This document shows, one piece after another, positions 46,187 through 55,069 of a DNA stretch of 64,000 bases. The notes under the pieces were generated by a model. That model had not been told where the DNA came from. It did no database searches and worked only from the letters and a program-made list of their open reading frames with translations. The DNA comes from a virus, in the IMG/VR virus record IMGVR_UViG_3300036781_000230, positions 1 to 64,000 of that record; one strand, given 5' to 3'. Made by a program: the position numbers and the translations under genes. Each line of letters starts with the position of its first letter. Within the stretch, counting starts at the first letter, position 1.

Positions 46187-46935
46187 TATCTTCCTTTCGA
46201 TATATTCTCGACCTGCCGTGATTCAGGTATAATATCATTATATAATACGGGAATCAGAGTTTGAAATTCTTTTAACAACGGAATTGTAATCTGTCTCATT
46301 TGCGGGTGAGCTTCTTTTGTGGTGCGCATTAACAAGAAGTGTCTCCACGAACGAAGATTCATAGTGACTAAAATCTTAGAAGCAAGAGCATTGGGAAATA
46401 CACTCCGTGCTTCTTGAGGACGCCACCCTTTAGCTAAAAGTTCTTTATACGATTTTTCTGATTCTAGTATAGACTTAACCCAGAATGGATCGTATAGACA
46501 AGTAGTTCCGTTATGTTCTGAGGTATTTTCACAGTAGTGTAAACAGACGTTATCATTTTCTAAACGCGGCTCACTGTCTCCTTCTAAGCAATAAAAACAC
46601 TCAATATCAGGAATCGGATAAATGAAAGAAGGAGGCATCTTCTTTACATAATTCACAAAACGAGTAGACTCCTGAGTGTAAGACGCTATTCGATGCCTGA
46701 CTATTTCATGAGTAATTCCACGGTCTACTAACATCTCAACAGATACTGATACGTGCTCGACTACAGACCAATCACCGTGGTTCAAAACGACCGCTGTAAG
46801 AAATCGTTCAGATGATCCTTCTTTCATATCATCTTCTGATCGATGAGAAATACGAGCAGCATACTCGATTTTCTTTATACAATCTTCCATATAATCATTG
46901 GTAAGAATTTTAGCGTACGGTTTTACTATTTTCAT
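46186..46935 (-). CDS. thyX: FAD-dependent thymidylate synthase
   Basis: H.SV.EH, THEIVRHRIASYTQESTR, PQEARSV.P, NLRSWRHF..R, AHPQMR. Confidence 0.95.
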   Translation of the reverse strand: MKIVKPYAKILTNDYMEDCIKKIEYAARISHRSEDDMKEGSSERFLTAVVLNHGDWSVVEHVSVSVEMLVDRGITHEIVRHRIASYTQESTRFVNYVKKMPPSFIYPIPDIECFYCLEGDSEPRLENDNVCLHYCENTSEHNGTTCLYDPFWVKSILESEKSYKELLAKGWRPQEARSVFPNALASKILVTMNLRSWRHFLLMRTTKEAHPQMRQITIPLLKEFQTLIPVLYNDIIPESRQVENISKGR

Positions 46936-47105
46936 TTAGTTTCTACCTTTATTAGTCCTTCAAGAACTATTTTCTTCCAAGCCTCTTCTATTTCAAATTG
47001 AATATCTTCATCAATACGGCTCCACTCATGCTTGAGGCCTCTTCTGTCTTTAAGGTCTCTAAGAATAGCTGCTACTATACTATCTGCTATTTTAGAATTG
47101 TTCAT
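46932..47105 (-). CDS. Small hypothetical protein (57 aa, not in ORF track)
   Basis: DL.DRRGLKHEW..IDEDIQ.EI...W; ATGA overlaps. Confidence 0.55.
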   Translation of the reverse strand: MNNSKIADSIVAAILRDLKDRRGLKHEWSRIDEDIQFEIEEAWKKIVLEGLIKVETK

Positions 47106-47812
47106 CCAATTACCCTCGTTTTGAATGGAAAATTCTCTTTCTCAATCTTATGTTTCTTGATAGAACGCACCCACATCTTAGTCGTGGCATCCCAACGGAA
47201 TCGCTTCTCTTTAGCTTTTTCACGGTCATCATAAGACACTAGAGCCTGAAGCACGATGGTCGGCTGTTGAGCGGAGTATAGAATCTCATCAATCTTATAG
47301 TTTTCAAGAACTTTAAGCATCGTCAGAACGTCGAATACTGCACGATGGGCGAACGGATTAAGGAACCCATGTTCCGCTGCAAGATATGTAAGTTTACGGC
47401 TTCGAATCTCTTCTGGATAGTCGATGTCATTCTGAGTATCAATCCAAGGTTTATCATCTCGTTGATCCCCAAGATCTGTTGCTGTTACCTTCTTGCACCA
47501 TTCTCGATAAAACTTACGATCGAAGAGTTCTCCATTATGAGCAACTACAGCATCAGCTATATGAACCTGTTCTGATAGTCTATAGAAAGCTGTTTCTGAA
47601 TCTAAACCAAATTCATTAAGATCTGCCTGTTGAATTCCAGTGATCTTAGTAATTTCTTCTGTGAGTTCAATTCCATCATGCTTTACAAAATAGCTGTCGA
47701 TTGAGATAGGTCCACGACGCTCCGTGTCCCACAGTACTACACCAACCTCTGTAACGTAATCTTCTACAGGATCGAGACCAGTAGTCTCGAAATCTAGTCC
47801 TAAAAGACGCAT
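47102..47812 (-). CDS. DEDDh 3'-5' exonuclease (DnaQ-like)
   Basis: DFETTGL, VAHN..FD, AHRAVFD. Confidence 0.9.
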   Translation of the reverse strand: MRLLGLDFETTGLDPVEDYVTEVGVVLWDTERRGPISIDSYFVKHDGIELTEEITKITGIQQADLNEFGLDSETAFYRLSEQVHIADAVVAHNGELFDRKFYREWCKKVTATDLGDQRDDKPWIDTQNDIDYPEEIRSRKLTYLAAEHGFLNPFAHRAVFDVLTMLKVLENYKIDEILYSAQQPTIVLQALVSYDDREKAKEKRFRWDATTKMWVRSIKKHKIEKENFPFKTRVIG

Positions 47813-47845
47813 TTGTTACTCCGTTTCGGTCATCCCAGGTTAATA

Positions 47846-47935
47846 ATGCAAATAATTAATGAGTATACCTATTATAATTGTACGCATATTTTACCTGATT
47901 AACCCAGGTTACTCTAGGATACACTCAGGATAATG
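47846..47935. repeat. 42-bp dyad, copy 5, with phased tail
   Basis: ATGCAA-N30-ACGCAT at 47846-47887, then CCTG..CCAGG..CTAGG..TCAGG at ~10-11 bp intervals. Confidence 0.75.
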
Positions 47936-47940
47936 AGTTT

Positions 47941-48129
47941 TCATTTATCTATTGAATTTAACAACACTTTACCTAACTTATCACGTAATTCAATAGGTAG
48001 TTTACTGATTTCTACTGATACTCCTTTAGGACAGATCGACTCTCCTACGACGGCTTCTCTGAAGGACTGTTTTTCTTCTTCAGTAAAATTATCTCGAATT
48101 TTATTCCACTTCGTATCAAGCATCAACAT
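47941..48129 (-). CDS. Small hypothetical protein
   Basis: GGAG RBS; co-oriented with the operon. Confidence 0.55.
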   Translation of the reverse strand: MLMLDTKWNKIRDNFTEEEKQSFREAVVGESICPKGVSVEISKLPIELRDKLGKVLLNSIDK

Positions 48130-48148
48130 ATCATCTCCAATTTACGGT

Positions 48149-48249
48149 AAGGGGGAGCAGTCCCAGATGTTGCCCTGCTCCCTTTTCCTCTCCGTTCCCG
48201 ATGCGCATTATGCTAGTAATCGGGTTCTTATGAGTGAGTCCACTCATAA
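48149..48249. other. Three consecutive hairpins downstream of the primase
   Basis: aagggggagcag/ctgctcccttt; cccgat/atcggg; ttatgagtg/cactcataa. Confidence 0.55.
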
Positions 48250-48252
48250 ACT

Positions 48253-49743
48253 TTAAATTTCACTTTCCTCGTGATCAAACACTGCATCACTAAATTCTTC
48301 TTCTTGTCTATTGACTAGCTTAGCTGGAATAGACCAGGCTCTGACAACCTTACCTTTGATTTTGATCATGTCATAGTTACACTGACGTCGGTGAAGAATA
48401 GAAAAAAGATCTTTGTTGTCGATCATTACTTTCTGAGAAGCTAAGTACTTTTGAAGATAAGATACTTGGAACAATATCTTTTCTTTCTCAACTATTGGCA
48501 TACCTCGTAAAAGGTCTTCTCTACTCTTTGTTCTCTCACTTAAGCAAAGAAAATCATCTATCTTAGCACTGATTGCTCCATATTCTGAAGCGTCATCAGG
48601 AGCTTGAATTTCAATCTTAGAAGCCAGTAATTCTCTCAATTTCTGTTCCCATTGAGCTTGTTTCATTGGTCTGATAACAGCATCATGAATTTCAAAAACT
48701 CTTTTACGGAGTTTGTCGTATCCTCTTAATTGATCCGAACTAAGATGTAAATCTATACTATTTACTTCGAGAATATACGTAGGAGGATCAGTGAGAATTT
48801 TTCTAAGATTTCCTACTACGATTTCATCAAAATTATTGTCGTCTTCCCAGGGTTTGTTACCTATTCCATAGGGTAAAGTGAGACACGTTTTTCGATCACA
48901 GTGAGAGCACAGCGGTTCCTCATCACACTTGTATTGATACTGTCGATCCCCGATCGATTTAATGAGAGCTTCCACTTCACGAGAACCAAGAGGAGGGCTA
49001 ACGTAGTTTTGATTATGATAACGAAGCTTATCTGCCCATCCGTTGGGCGAAGATTTTCGATAGAAAACTCCGTAACTAAATAATCCGACGTTTCTTGTTC
49101 CTGGGGGTAATCCTTGTTCTGTAAGAGTCTTGAGACAAGGTGGCATAGAATCAATCTGAATGAGGTTTTCATTGACGTTTTCATCTATTTTTTCCTCTCC
49201 AGTGAAATACCTAATTGATGAAAGAAATTCTCCGATTTCGATGGAACCTCTATCATTAACACAGTATCTGACTGTATTTTCTCCATTAAAATATGGAAGA
49301 TTGATCCAGTTGCCAATATTGTTAGAGGTCGATTTCGTCTGCTTAGGAAATATCTCAGTCTTAGAAGGAAACCCCAGAAGCCCAGCCCACTTTTTGAGAA
49401 TAGTTTGGACGGATACAGCAGGATGAGGCTCCTTAAAGAAGAGATATAAATGAGCTCCACCCGATTTACTTCTACACACCGACAACGGGAGATTTCTTGT
49501 GCGAACACGAGCATATAAATCCTTATGATCGATGGTATCGATGTCAATATCGATAGCACCAAAGTAGCATTTTCCTTCTTCATTTACAGGAACAATTCCT
49601 AAACCAAGGGTTCCATCTAGATGTTTTTTATAGTCTTCTTCAGTTGCGGGCGATAGAGTAGTAGCCATGTTACCGGTCGCCTTTTCCCAGGTACCGTGTG
49701 CTAGGCTGCTCCCGCGAAACAGTTTACTAAACTCACTCAACAC
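48253..49743 (-). CDS. Archaeo-eukaryotic-type primase with PriCT-like domain
   Basis: IDIDID, RSKSGGAHLYLF, EIFPKQ, GNWINLPY, PPC..G.RN..LF. Confidence 0.9.
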   Translation of the reverse strand: MLSEFSKLFRGSSLAHGTWEKATGNMATTLSPATEEDYKKHLDGTLGLGIVPVNEEGKCYFGAIDIDIDTIDHKDLYARVRTRNLPLSVCRSKSGGAHLYLFFKEPHPAVSVQTILKKWAGLLGFPSKTEIFPKQTKSTSNNIGNWINLPYFNGENTVRYCVNDRGSIEIGEFLSSIRYFTGEEKIDENVNENLIQIDSMPPCLKTLTEQGLPPGTRNVGLFSYGVFYRKSSPNGWADKLRYHNQNYVSPPLGSREVEALIKSIGDRQYQYKCDEEPLCSHCDRKTCLTLPYGIGNKPWEDDNNFDEIVVGNLRKILTDPPTYILEVNSIDLHLSSDQLRGYDKLRKRVFEIHDAVIRPMKQAQWEQKLRELLASKIEIQAPDDASEYGAISAKIDDFLCLSERTKSREDLLRGMPIVEKEKILFQVSYLQKYLASQKVMIDNKDLFSILHRRQCNYDMIKIKGKVVRAWSIPAKLVNRQEEEFSDAVFDHEESEI

Positions 49744-49776
49744 TTTAAAGGGCCTCTAGCTAAAAACAAGTATGGT

Positions 49777-49803
49777 AAGCGGGTCTCTGTCAAAGACCCG
49801 CTT
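49777..49803 (-). terminator. Hairpin after the SSB-like gene
   Basis: aagcgggtct/agacccgctt. Confidence 0.55.
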
Positions 49804-49821
49804 GCTGTGAGTGGTTAAAGT

Positions 49822-50631
49822 TTAGAGTTCAGTTTCTGAGTTATTTCCGTGGTCGAAAGAAGCGTCTCCCTCTTCTTCACCAGTCGTATCAACCTTGATG
49901 TTAGCTGCCTTAAGGGCTTCAAAATTGCTCTTCATCGATTCAAAGAGTTCTGGCTCTACGAAGCCACCTGGAATGACTTTCTTTTCAAACCACTCATTGT
50001 CACCCGATCGCATATCTACAACTGTGACTTTCCAGTACTTTGCGTACATCGGAAGCCGAGTCATGCGAACCCCAGACAAGAGTTGTTTAGATAGTTTAAG
50101 CCCAGTTGACTTATAGCTAATAGCTATTGGACTGTTTTCCTTTGGGATGAATGCCATGAAGTTATGATACAAAGTACATAGAGGGGCATCGTTTCCATGC
50201 TCATCATCTTTCTCGCCATTTCCCCAGGTGCTAAACTTGCAAATACTGCAACCATCTGGAGAAATTCGTCCTCCATCAATTCCATTTGCAGAGATACAGT
50301 CAATTCCACCACCATCGTCGATGTCGATGTACTTGATTCTGTTTTTGAAGAAAAACAAGGAAACGATGGTAATCTCTTTTCCATAGATTTCTTGAGTCAC
50401 CGTATTGAATAAATCTCCCTCATTGAGGCCCTCAATATAGGCAGCGTGACTCTTACGCTTCTGTGGAGAAAGAGCTTGACACAAGCCAAGACGAGGGATA
50501 AGAATATCTCCCTGCTCTACATTTTCCATGCCTTCTTGATGACCAATTTGAGAACGAAGCCACTCAGGAATTTCTTCCTTCGTAGACAGGGCCGAATTAC
50601 CTGCTGGTATGATATCTTTATTCTTGCTCAA
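49822..50631 (-). CDS. Putative ssDNA-binding protein
   Basis: G.ENV...DILIPRL...QALSPQ; acidic C-terminus; between primase and helicase. Confidence 0.6.
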   Translation of the reverse strand: MSKNKDIIPAGNSALSTKEEIPEWLRSQIGHQEGMENVEQGDILIPRLGLCQALSPQKRKSHAAYIEGLNEGDLFNTVTQEIYGKEITIVSLFFFKNRIKYIDIDDGGGIDCISANGIDGGRISPDGCSICKFSTWGNGEKDDEHGNDAPLCTLYHNFMAFIPKENSPIAISYKSTGLKLSKQLLSGVRMTRLPMYAKYWKVTVVDMRSGDNEWFEKKVIPGGFVEPELFESMKSNFEALKAANIKVDTTGEEEGDASFDHGNNSETEL

Positions 50632-51139
50632 GGTTTTTCACTCCTCTTACTTGGATGCTCTGTTTGAAGTACACGTCAATTCCCGGAGGAATAGGATCGC
50701 CATCGATGAGATTCGTCTTAGTCATCGAAGACATTGTCTGGTAGTTGACAGAGAATAGATCTTCTTGCCCTGTGCTCCGAATCCAACTATGGAATTTCGG
50801 TTTATCTTTCACAGTGCAATAAACATCATCCTTAATGGTCAAAGAAATGTTATTGCTTAACTTCAAGCTTGTATAACTCTCTGATTCCATTCTTTCGACC
50901 AACATCTGATCAAGAGCAGCAATGATGAGATTCTCTTCTTTCACCAGACTTTCAAGTCGAGCCTTTTCAATTCTCGACTCTACCATTAGAGCACCAAGAT
51001 TGGAAGTGGTTACCTTTTTCTCCTGGTCTTGGAGAATCTTGATAATTTCTTCTTTCTTAGAATTTACCCTATCCTGGTATTCCGGCTCGCCTGAGAAACT
51101 CGTCAGCTGCCCTTTAAGGTGGCTATACTTTCCTGGCAC
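50618..51139 (-). CDS. Conserved replication-module protein
   Basis: F..W....G..D...VN.QT....PPG; start set at GTG with AAGGA RBS. Confidence 0.65.
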   Translation of the reverse strand: MPGKYSHLKGQLTSFSGEPEYQDRVNSKKEEIIKILQDQEKKVTTSNLGALMVESRIEKARLESLVKEENLIIAALDQMLVERMESESYTSLKLSNNISLTIKDDVYCTVKDKPKFHSWIRSTGQEDLFSVNYQTMSSMTKTNLIDGDPIPPGIDVYFKQSIQVRGVKNLEQE

Positions 51140-51416
51140 AGTTTTCCTTTCTATTCTTCCGTGGACATTCAAAATCATCCAACGTTGTCAACGGAACTTT
51201 ATATTTCGTGGTGTGCCCACACGAACATTTAACCACAGTATACTGAGCAGTCATTTTCTTATTGATTGATTTCGGTCGATTTTCCCACCATACCGGTCGA
51301 TGCCCAGAAGATCTCAGTTGTTTCAACTCAATGAGTACTGATAGATATTCTTCAGTTTTTTCAATGAGTTTATTGAGGTCGTCACCACTCACATTTTTGT
51401 TAAAATGGGATGTCAT
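51123..51416 (-). CDS. Hypothetical protein (CxC...C)
   Basis: Overlaps both neighbours. Confidence 0.55.
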   Translation of the reverse strand: MTSHFNKNVSGDDLNKLIEKTEEYLSVLIELKQLRSSGHRPVWWENRPKSINKKMTAQYTVVKCSCGHTTKYKVPLTTLDDFECPRKNRKENCARKV

Positions 51417-52911
51417 CAGCTTCCTCCTGCATTATTTCTGCTACCCACTTTGAACATGTCCAATTAGCCATGTTTTCGTGATCTTTAAGAGCTTTCAGGA
51501 TGATTCCACTCATCGTTCTCTCTCGATTGGGACCAACCACTACGTAATTCTGAAATAACATACTATTCTTCTGACCAGGTCTATCTACTCGATCATTACT
51601 CTGAGAATAAGTTAGATAAGAATGATCATAGGATAAGCGATCGACGTTAGAGCATTTAGTGAAGTTAAGACCAAACCTTCCCGCCTGAGGCTGACCGATA
51701 AGGAGAGCTTGCCCTGGCGGATCAGGAGCGTCTGGATGGAAGAGAGACTTAGCTTCTTCTCGATCAGTTTTGGATAATCCTCCTTGGAGCACACGTACCA
51801 GTAATTTAGGAAATCGTTCCCTTGCTCGTCTCTCAAGACGAGCAATTTCTGGTCGAAATCTACACCAGACAATGAGCTTATAATGTTCGTCATTCTCGAG
51901 TCTAAACCCGAGATGATCCAAGAAGTGATTGGTGAGCTCGGAACCAATTTCGACTGTGTCTGTTTCTGAATTCTCGTCATTTGTTACTCCTCCCAGGAAA
52001 CCTGAGCAAATTTGAGCTAATCTCAGTGCTTTTACCGGAGCAGCAGATACTATAGATGCTCCTTCATTTTCTCCAATATATGCTACGAATTCTTCTCTCA
52101 TCTGAACGTATTTAGCCCAAGAATGAGCAGATAGTTTAACTTCTCTAAGAGGAGCATCGAGTCTCTCAGGAAGATCAAGGCAATCTTTTTTCAATCTCCT
52201 AAGAGCATACGGTTTTATCTTATTTTGAATTTCTTCAAGATTATAAAATCCGATGACTTGCTTATTCATATAGCCACCCATCTGAGCGTGACGATTACGA
52301 AAAGCATAGAAATTCTTAAATCCTAAAATTGAAGGACTTAGGAATTGAAATTGAGAAAATAAATTGAGAGGAGATTGTCCTACAGGTGTACCATTCAGTA
52401 TTGATCTTCGTAATACTTTGGGAGCTATAGTAAGAACTCCCTTGGTTTGTGAAGCTTTTGGATTGGAGATGGTTGAAGATTCATCTACTACAGCCCAAAC
52501 TTTTCTATTCTTCAAGAGATTGAGTAATCTCTTGACGTGATCCATGTTTCTTAGAAGTTCAACTGAGGTCACTATCCAAAGAAGACCTTTACTTACAGGT
52601 GGAATCTCTACAGACTTACTTGTATATTCGTGAATGATACCTTTTTTCCAAGCATGCTCGATGATTTGAGAAAACTGAGGATGCACCCACACATCCTTTA
52701 CTTGAGCTGGGCAAATGATAAGAACTACATCTATCTGATTATCCTCAAATAAGAAACACCCAGTATCGATAATCTGCTTTGTCTTACCGGCTCCCATCTC
52801 ATCCAATAAGGCAAAATACTTATTCTGTATAAGTTTCTTTACTCCATCTATTTGATGATCAAAAGGAGGGTACTTGCATCGAGACCAATCGAGATTATCT
52901 AGATCAATCAT
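51400..52911 (-). CDS. SNF2-family SF2 helicase
   Basis: DEMGAGKT, VDES, LNGTP, FGLN, QS.DR..RPGQ. Confidence 0.9.
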   Translation of the reverse strand: MIDLDNLDWSRCKYPPFDHQIDGVKKLIQNKYFALLDEMGAGKTKQIIDTGCFLFEDNQIDVVLIICPAQVKDVWVHPQFSQIIEHAWKKGIIHEYTSKSVEIPPVSKGLLWIVTSVELLRNMDHVKRLLNLLKNRKVWAVVDESSTISNPKASQTKGVLTIAPKVLRRSILNGTPVGQSPLNLFSQFQFLSPSILGFKNFYAFRNRHAQMGGYMNKQVIGFYNLEEIQNKIKPYALRRLKKDCLDLPERLDAPLREVKLSAHSWAKYVQMREEFVAYIGENEGASIVSAAPVKALRLAQICSGFLGGVTNDENSETDTVEIGSELTNHFLDHLGFRLENDEHYKLIVWCRFRPEIARLERRARERFPKLLVRVLQGGLSKTDREEAKSLFHPDAPDPPGQALLIGQPQAGRFGLNFTKCSNVDRLSYDHSYLTYSQSNDRVDRPGQKNSMLFQNYVVVGPNRERTMSGIILKALKDHENMANWTCSKWVAEIMQEEADDIPF

Positions 52912-53372
52912 CAGAATCCCTCCTTAGTCGGCCAAAAATAAGGTAAATCTACACTTTCATCTGGCCAAAATTTTCGATAGTGAATCGGTTGCTTCCTAAC
53001 TAAATTAGAACGATGAGATTTGTGAAATGCTTCAAATCCCCACCACTTAGGACGAGATTGAGAATCTGTGTCATACTTTGGAATGATAATAGAATTCGTG
53101 AATCCGCGATACTCCCATTCTCCAACTGCGCATGCCATGTATAGTTTAAGCCATTCTTCATGACTTTTCCACATTAGGACAGCAGGATGTCTATGCCATT
53201 GACTTAAAGTTCTATCGAATGGCGCTGCTGATTGTAAACTTTTTGGGAGAATTGGCTTATCTAGAAGAATTTCTAGTATTTGAGCAGCCTCAACCCTTTG
53301 TTTACCAAGACGAGCGTTATCTAAGTACTCCATTGACTTCACAAATGATATATCAGGCAGGAATGTCTGCAC
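52911..53372 (-). CDS. Pyrimidine-dimer DNA glycosylase-like protein (MSMEG_6728 family)
   Basis: MQTFLP, LD..RLGKQRVEA.QI, HPAVLMW, SHRSNL.RK. Confidence 0.85.
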   Translation of the reverse strand: MQTFLPDISFVKSMEYLDNARLGKQRVEAAQILEILLDKPILPKSLQSAAPFDRTLSQWHRHPAVLMWKSHEEWLKLYMACAVGEWEYRGFTNSIIIPKYDTDSQSRPKWWGFEAFHKSHRSNLVRKQPIHYRKFWPDESVDLPYFWPTKEGF

Positions 53373-53589
53373 TCTGGTCGTCCTCTGGTTCTATAGATTC
53401 GATACTCCAAATGCTTTCCATCTTTTCATCGAGTGCTTCTGAGATTTTTAAAGCTGTACGAAGTGTTACGTTCTTACCGCTTCGAGCATTGAAAATTGTC
53501 ATTCGTGGAAGTCCAGTTTTTTCTATAAGTTGATCAACGGTGATCCCTTTAGCTTCCATTATCGCATCGATTTGTGATTCAATATTCAT
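53353..53589 (-). CDS. XRE-family HTH regulator
   Basis: KGITVDQL.EKTGL...TI...G..V.L.T..KI.EAL. Confidence 0.85.
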   Translation of the reverse strand: MNIESQIDAIMEAKGITVDQLIEKTGLPRMTIFNARSGKNVTLRTALKISEALDEKMESIWSIESIEPEDDQSADIPA

Positions 53590-53606
53590 GGTTATCCAAT
53601 AAAATA

Positions 53607-53636
53607 ATTGTATAATACATTGTACATAGTTGTAAA
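53607..53636 (-). promoter_or_regulatory. Promoter TTTACA-N18-TACAAT
   Basis: TACAACT motif family; upstream of the XRE gene. Confidence 0.6.
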
Positions 53637-53682
53637 CAACTTTTTTTCTGATAGAATATCTAAGTTATTCAGAATAAATGAC

Positions 53683-53946
53683 TTAGCGTGGATCATTTTC
53701 TAACATAGTCAATCTTAGTTCGAAAATTCTACGTCTAATAGATCTTTCAGAAATGTTCAGTAATAGTGACATTTCTCTAGCGTTGTATCCAGCAACTATC
53801 AAGAATAGAAAATTCTCCTCTAGTTTAGTTAACTTGTCCGACTGTTTACAAAAGTCTACATGGGCTATTACCATCAAATCTAAATTAGAGGCATAGAAAG
53901 GATGATACCGGTATTTCATCTCTCTTTGAATATCTGTTATTATCAT
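53683..53946 (-). CDS. LuxR / sigma region 4-type HTH protein
   Basis: LT..E...L...GY..REM...LNISERSI. Confidence 0.75.
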   Translation of the reverse strand: MIITDIQREMKYRYHPFYASNLDLMVIAHVDFCKQSDKLTKLEENFLFLIVAGYNAREMSLLLNISERSIRRRIFELRLTMLENDPR

Positions 53947-53955
53947 TGCGCCCTC

Positions 53956-54198
53956 TTAGAAATCTGATGTAGCAGCGTACATTTCTTGATGTCTATCGGC
54001 TCGTGTTCTTATTGGCTCGACTATCGTTTCCCGTACTCCTCTAACTGTCGATGTTATTCTAAGAGTTCGTGGATGATTAAGATCTTTTAAAATAGCCCCT
54101 CTAAACTCGTGGGCTTGCTTGAATGTGGGTAACGGTTCTACGTTCCACACATCATTGAACTCATCCTTCACAAAATAGTCTCTCCTAACTGTGGCCAT
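53956..54198 (-). CDS. Hypothetical protein
   Basis: Packed operon. Confidence 0.55.
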   Translation of the reverse strand: MATVRRDYFVKDEFNDVWNVEPLPTFKQAHEFRGAILKDLNHPRTLRITSTVRGVRETIVEPIRTRADRHQEMYAATSDF

Positions 54199-54376
54199 TA
54201 GGATCTTTCCACCTGTGGTCTTCTCTTACAATTACGTCCCAATCGATAGATCTTCCAAGGTCTATACCTTTTGATCTGGCCTCTTCTTGAATGGCTATAT
54301 TGATAGCCGTAACAAGAGTTCTCTCAGTGAACTCACTTGGAAGAACTATTGTAGCGTTAAAGCTTTTTCTGTACAT
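54185..54376 (-). CDS. Hypothetical protein
   Basis: AAGGA RBS. Confidence 0.55.
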   Translation of the reverse strand: MYRKSFNATIVLPSEFTERTLVTAINIAIQEEARSKGIDLGRSIDWDVIVREDHRWKDPNGHS

Positions 54377-54399
54377 TCTTTATCCTTTCAGTTTAATTT

Positions 54400-54441
54400 A
54401 TGCAAAATTTTCATGATAATTCTATCACTCTAATATTGCAC
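54400..54441. repeat. 42-bp dyad, copy 6 (opposite orientation)
   Basis: ATGCAA-N30-TTGCAC; the reverse complement begins atgatgtgcaa, as copy 4 does. Confidence 0.75.
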
Positions 54442-54449
54442 ATCATTAT

Positions 54450-54734
54450 TTAAGCTCCGCCCTTACGTATACTGCGTTCCTCAGGTGGTTCAGGTGGTTG
54501 TTCTTTTGATTGAACTATATCAAAACTACCTGTAGACATCCATCTTGTAAAGGCTACAGCGGCACACGTTTCACTGCACGCATCTTTTATAGGATTTTTA
54601 GTGTCATCAGCTACAAATAGTTCAGCAGCGCATGCTCCGAATCTTTTATTTCTTATCCAGAATTTCCACCAATGATTCGTTGTCTCCTTTTTCTTGCTAC
54701 AAATATCACATGTTACCTGCATAGTAGTAGCCAT
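54450..54734 (-). CDS. Zn-finger hypothetical protein
   Basis: TCDIC..K...NHW...ACSETC. Confidence 0.65.
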   Translation of the reverse strand: MATTMQVTCDICSKKKETTNHWWKFWIRNKRFGACAAELFVADDTKNPIKDACSETCAAVAFTRWMSTGSFDIVQSKEQPPEPPEERSIRKGGA

Positions 54735-54736
54735 AA

Positions 54737-55061
54737 CTAAACTCCCAAGAATTCTTTGAGGTTATTCTTCTGTTTACTTACCACGATTTCTTTCCACTGC
54801 TTCATCAGTGTGTCAATAACGCTCGCTTTCGACACCGAGGATTTGCAGCTAGTGACAACTTGACGATTACTACCATTTCCTACCTGATAGCGATGAACTG
54901 CGGCATACCAACACTGCTTATCACTAAGCCAAGCTAATTGAATACCAGGAGCATGAGCGTCTCCCTCATAAAACTCAGTAAGAGATTTCAGAAAAAGATC
55001 CAACCCATCTCTCTTGTTTACTATTTTTACTTTCTTTTTGGACGCTTTTTTTTAAGGCCAT
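54737..55061 (-). CDS. Hypothetical protein with an apparent frameshift in an A8 tract near the start
   Basis: ATG 55061 has an RBS but is out of frame with the body by one base at the T8 run 55046-55053. Confidence 0.5.
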
Positions 55062-55069
55062 AACTGATC

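Noticed and set aside
14182-54441. Dyads as sigma54 promoters or plain intrinsic terminators
   Set aside because: No conserved GG at -24 relative to TTGCA; no U-tracts; four of six copies do not form good hairpins.
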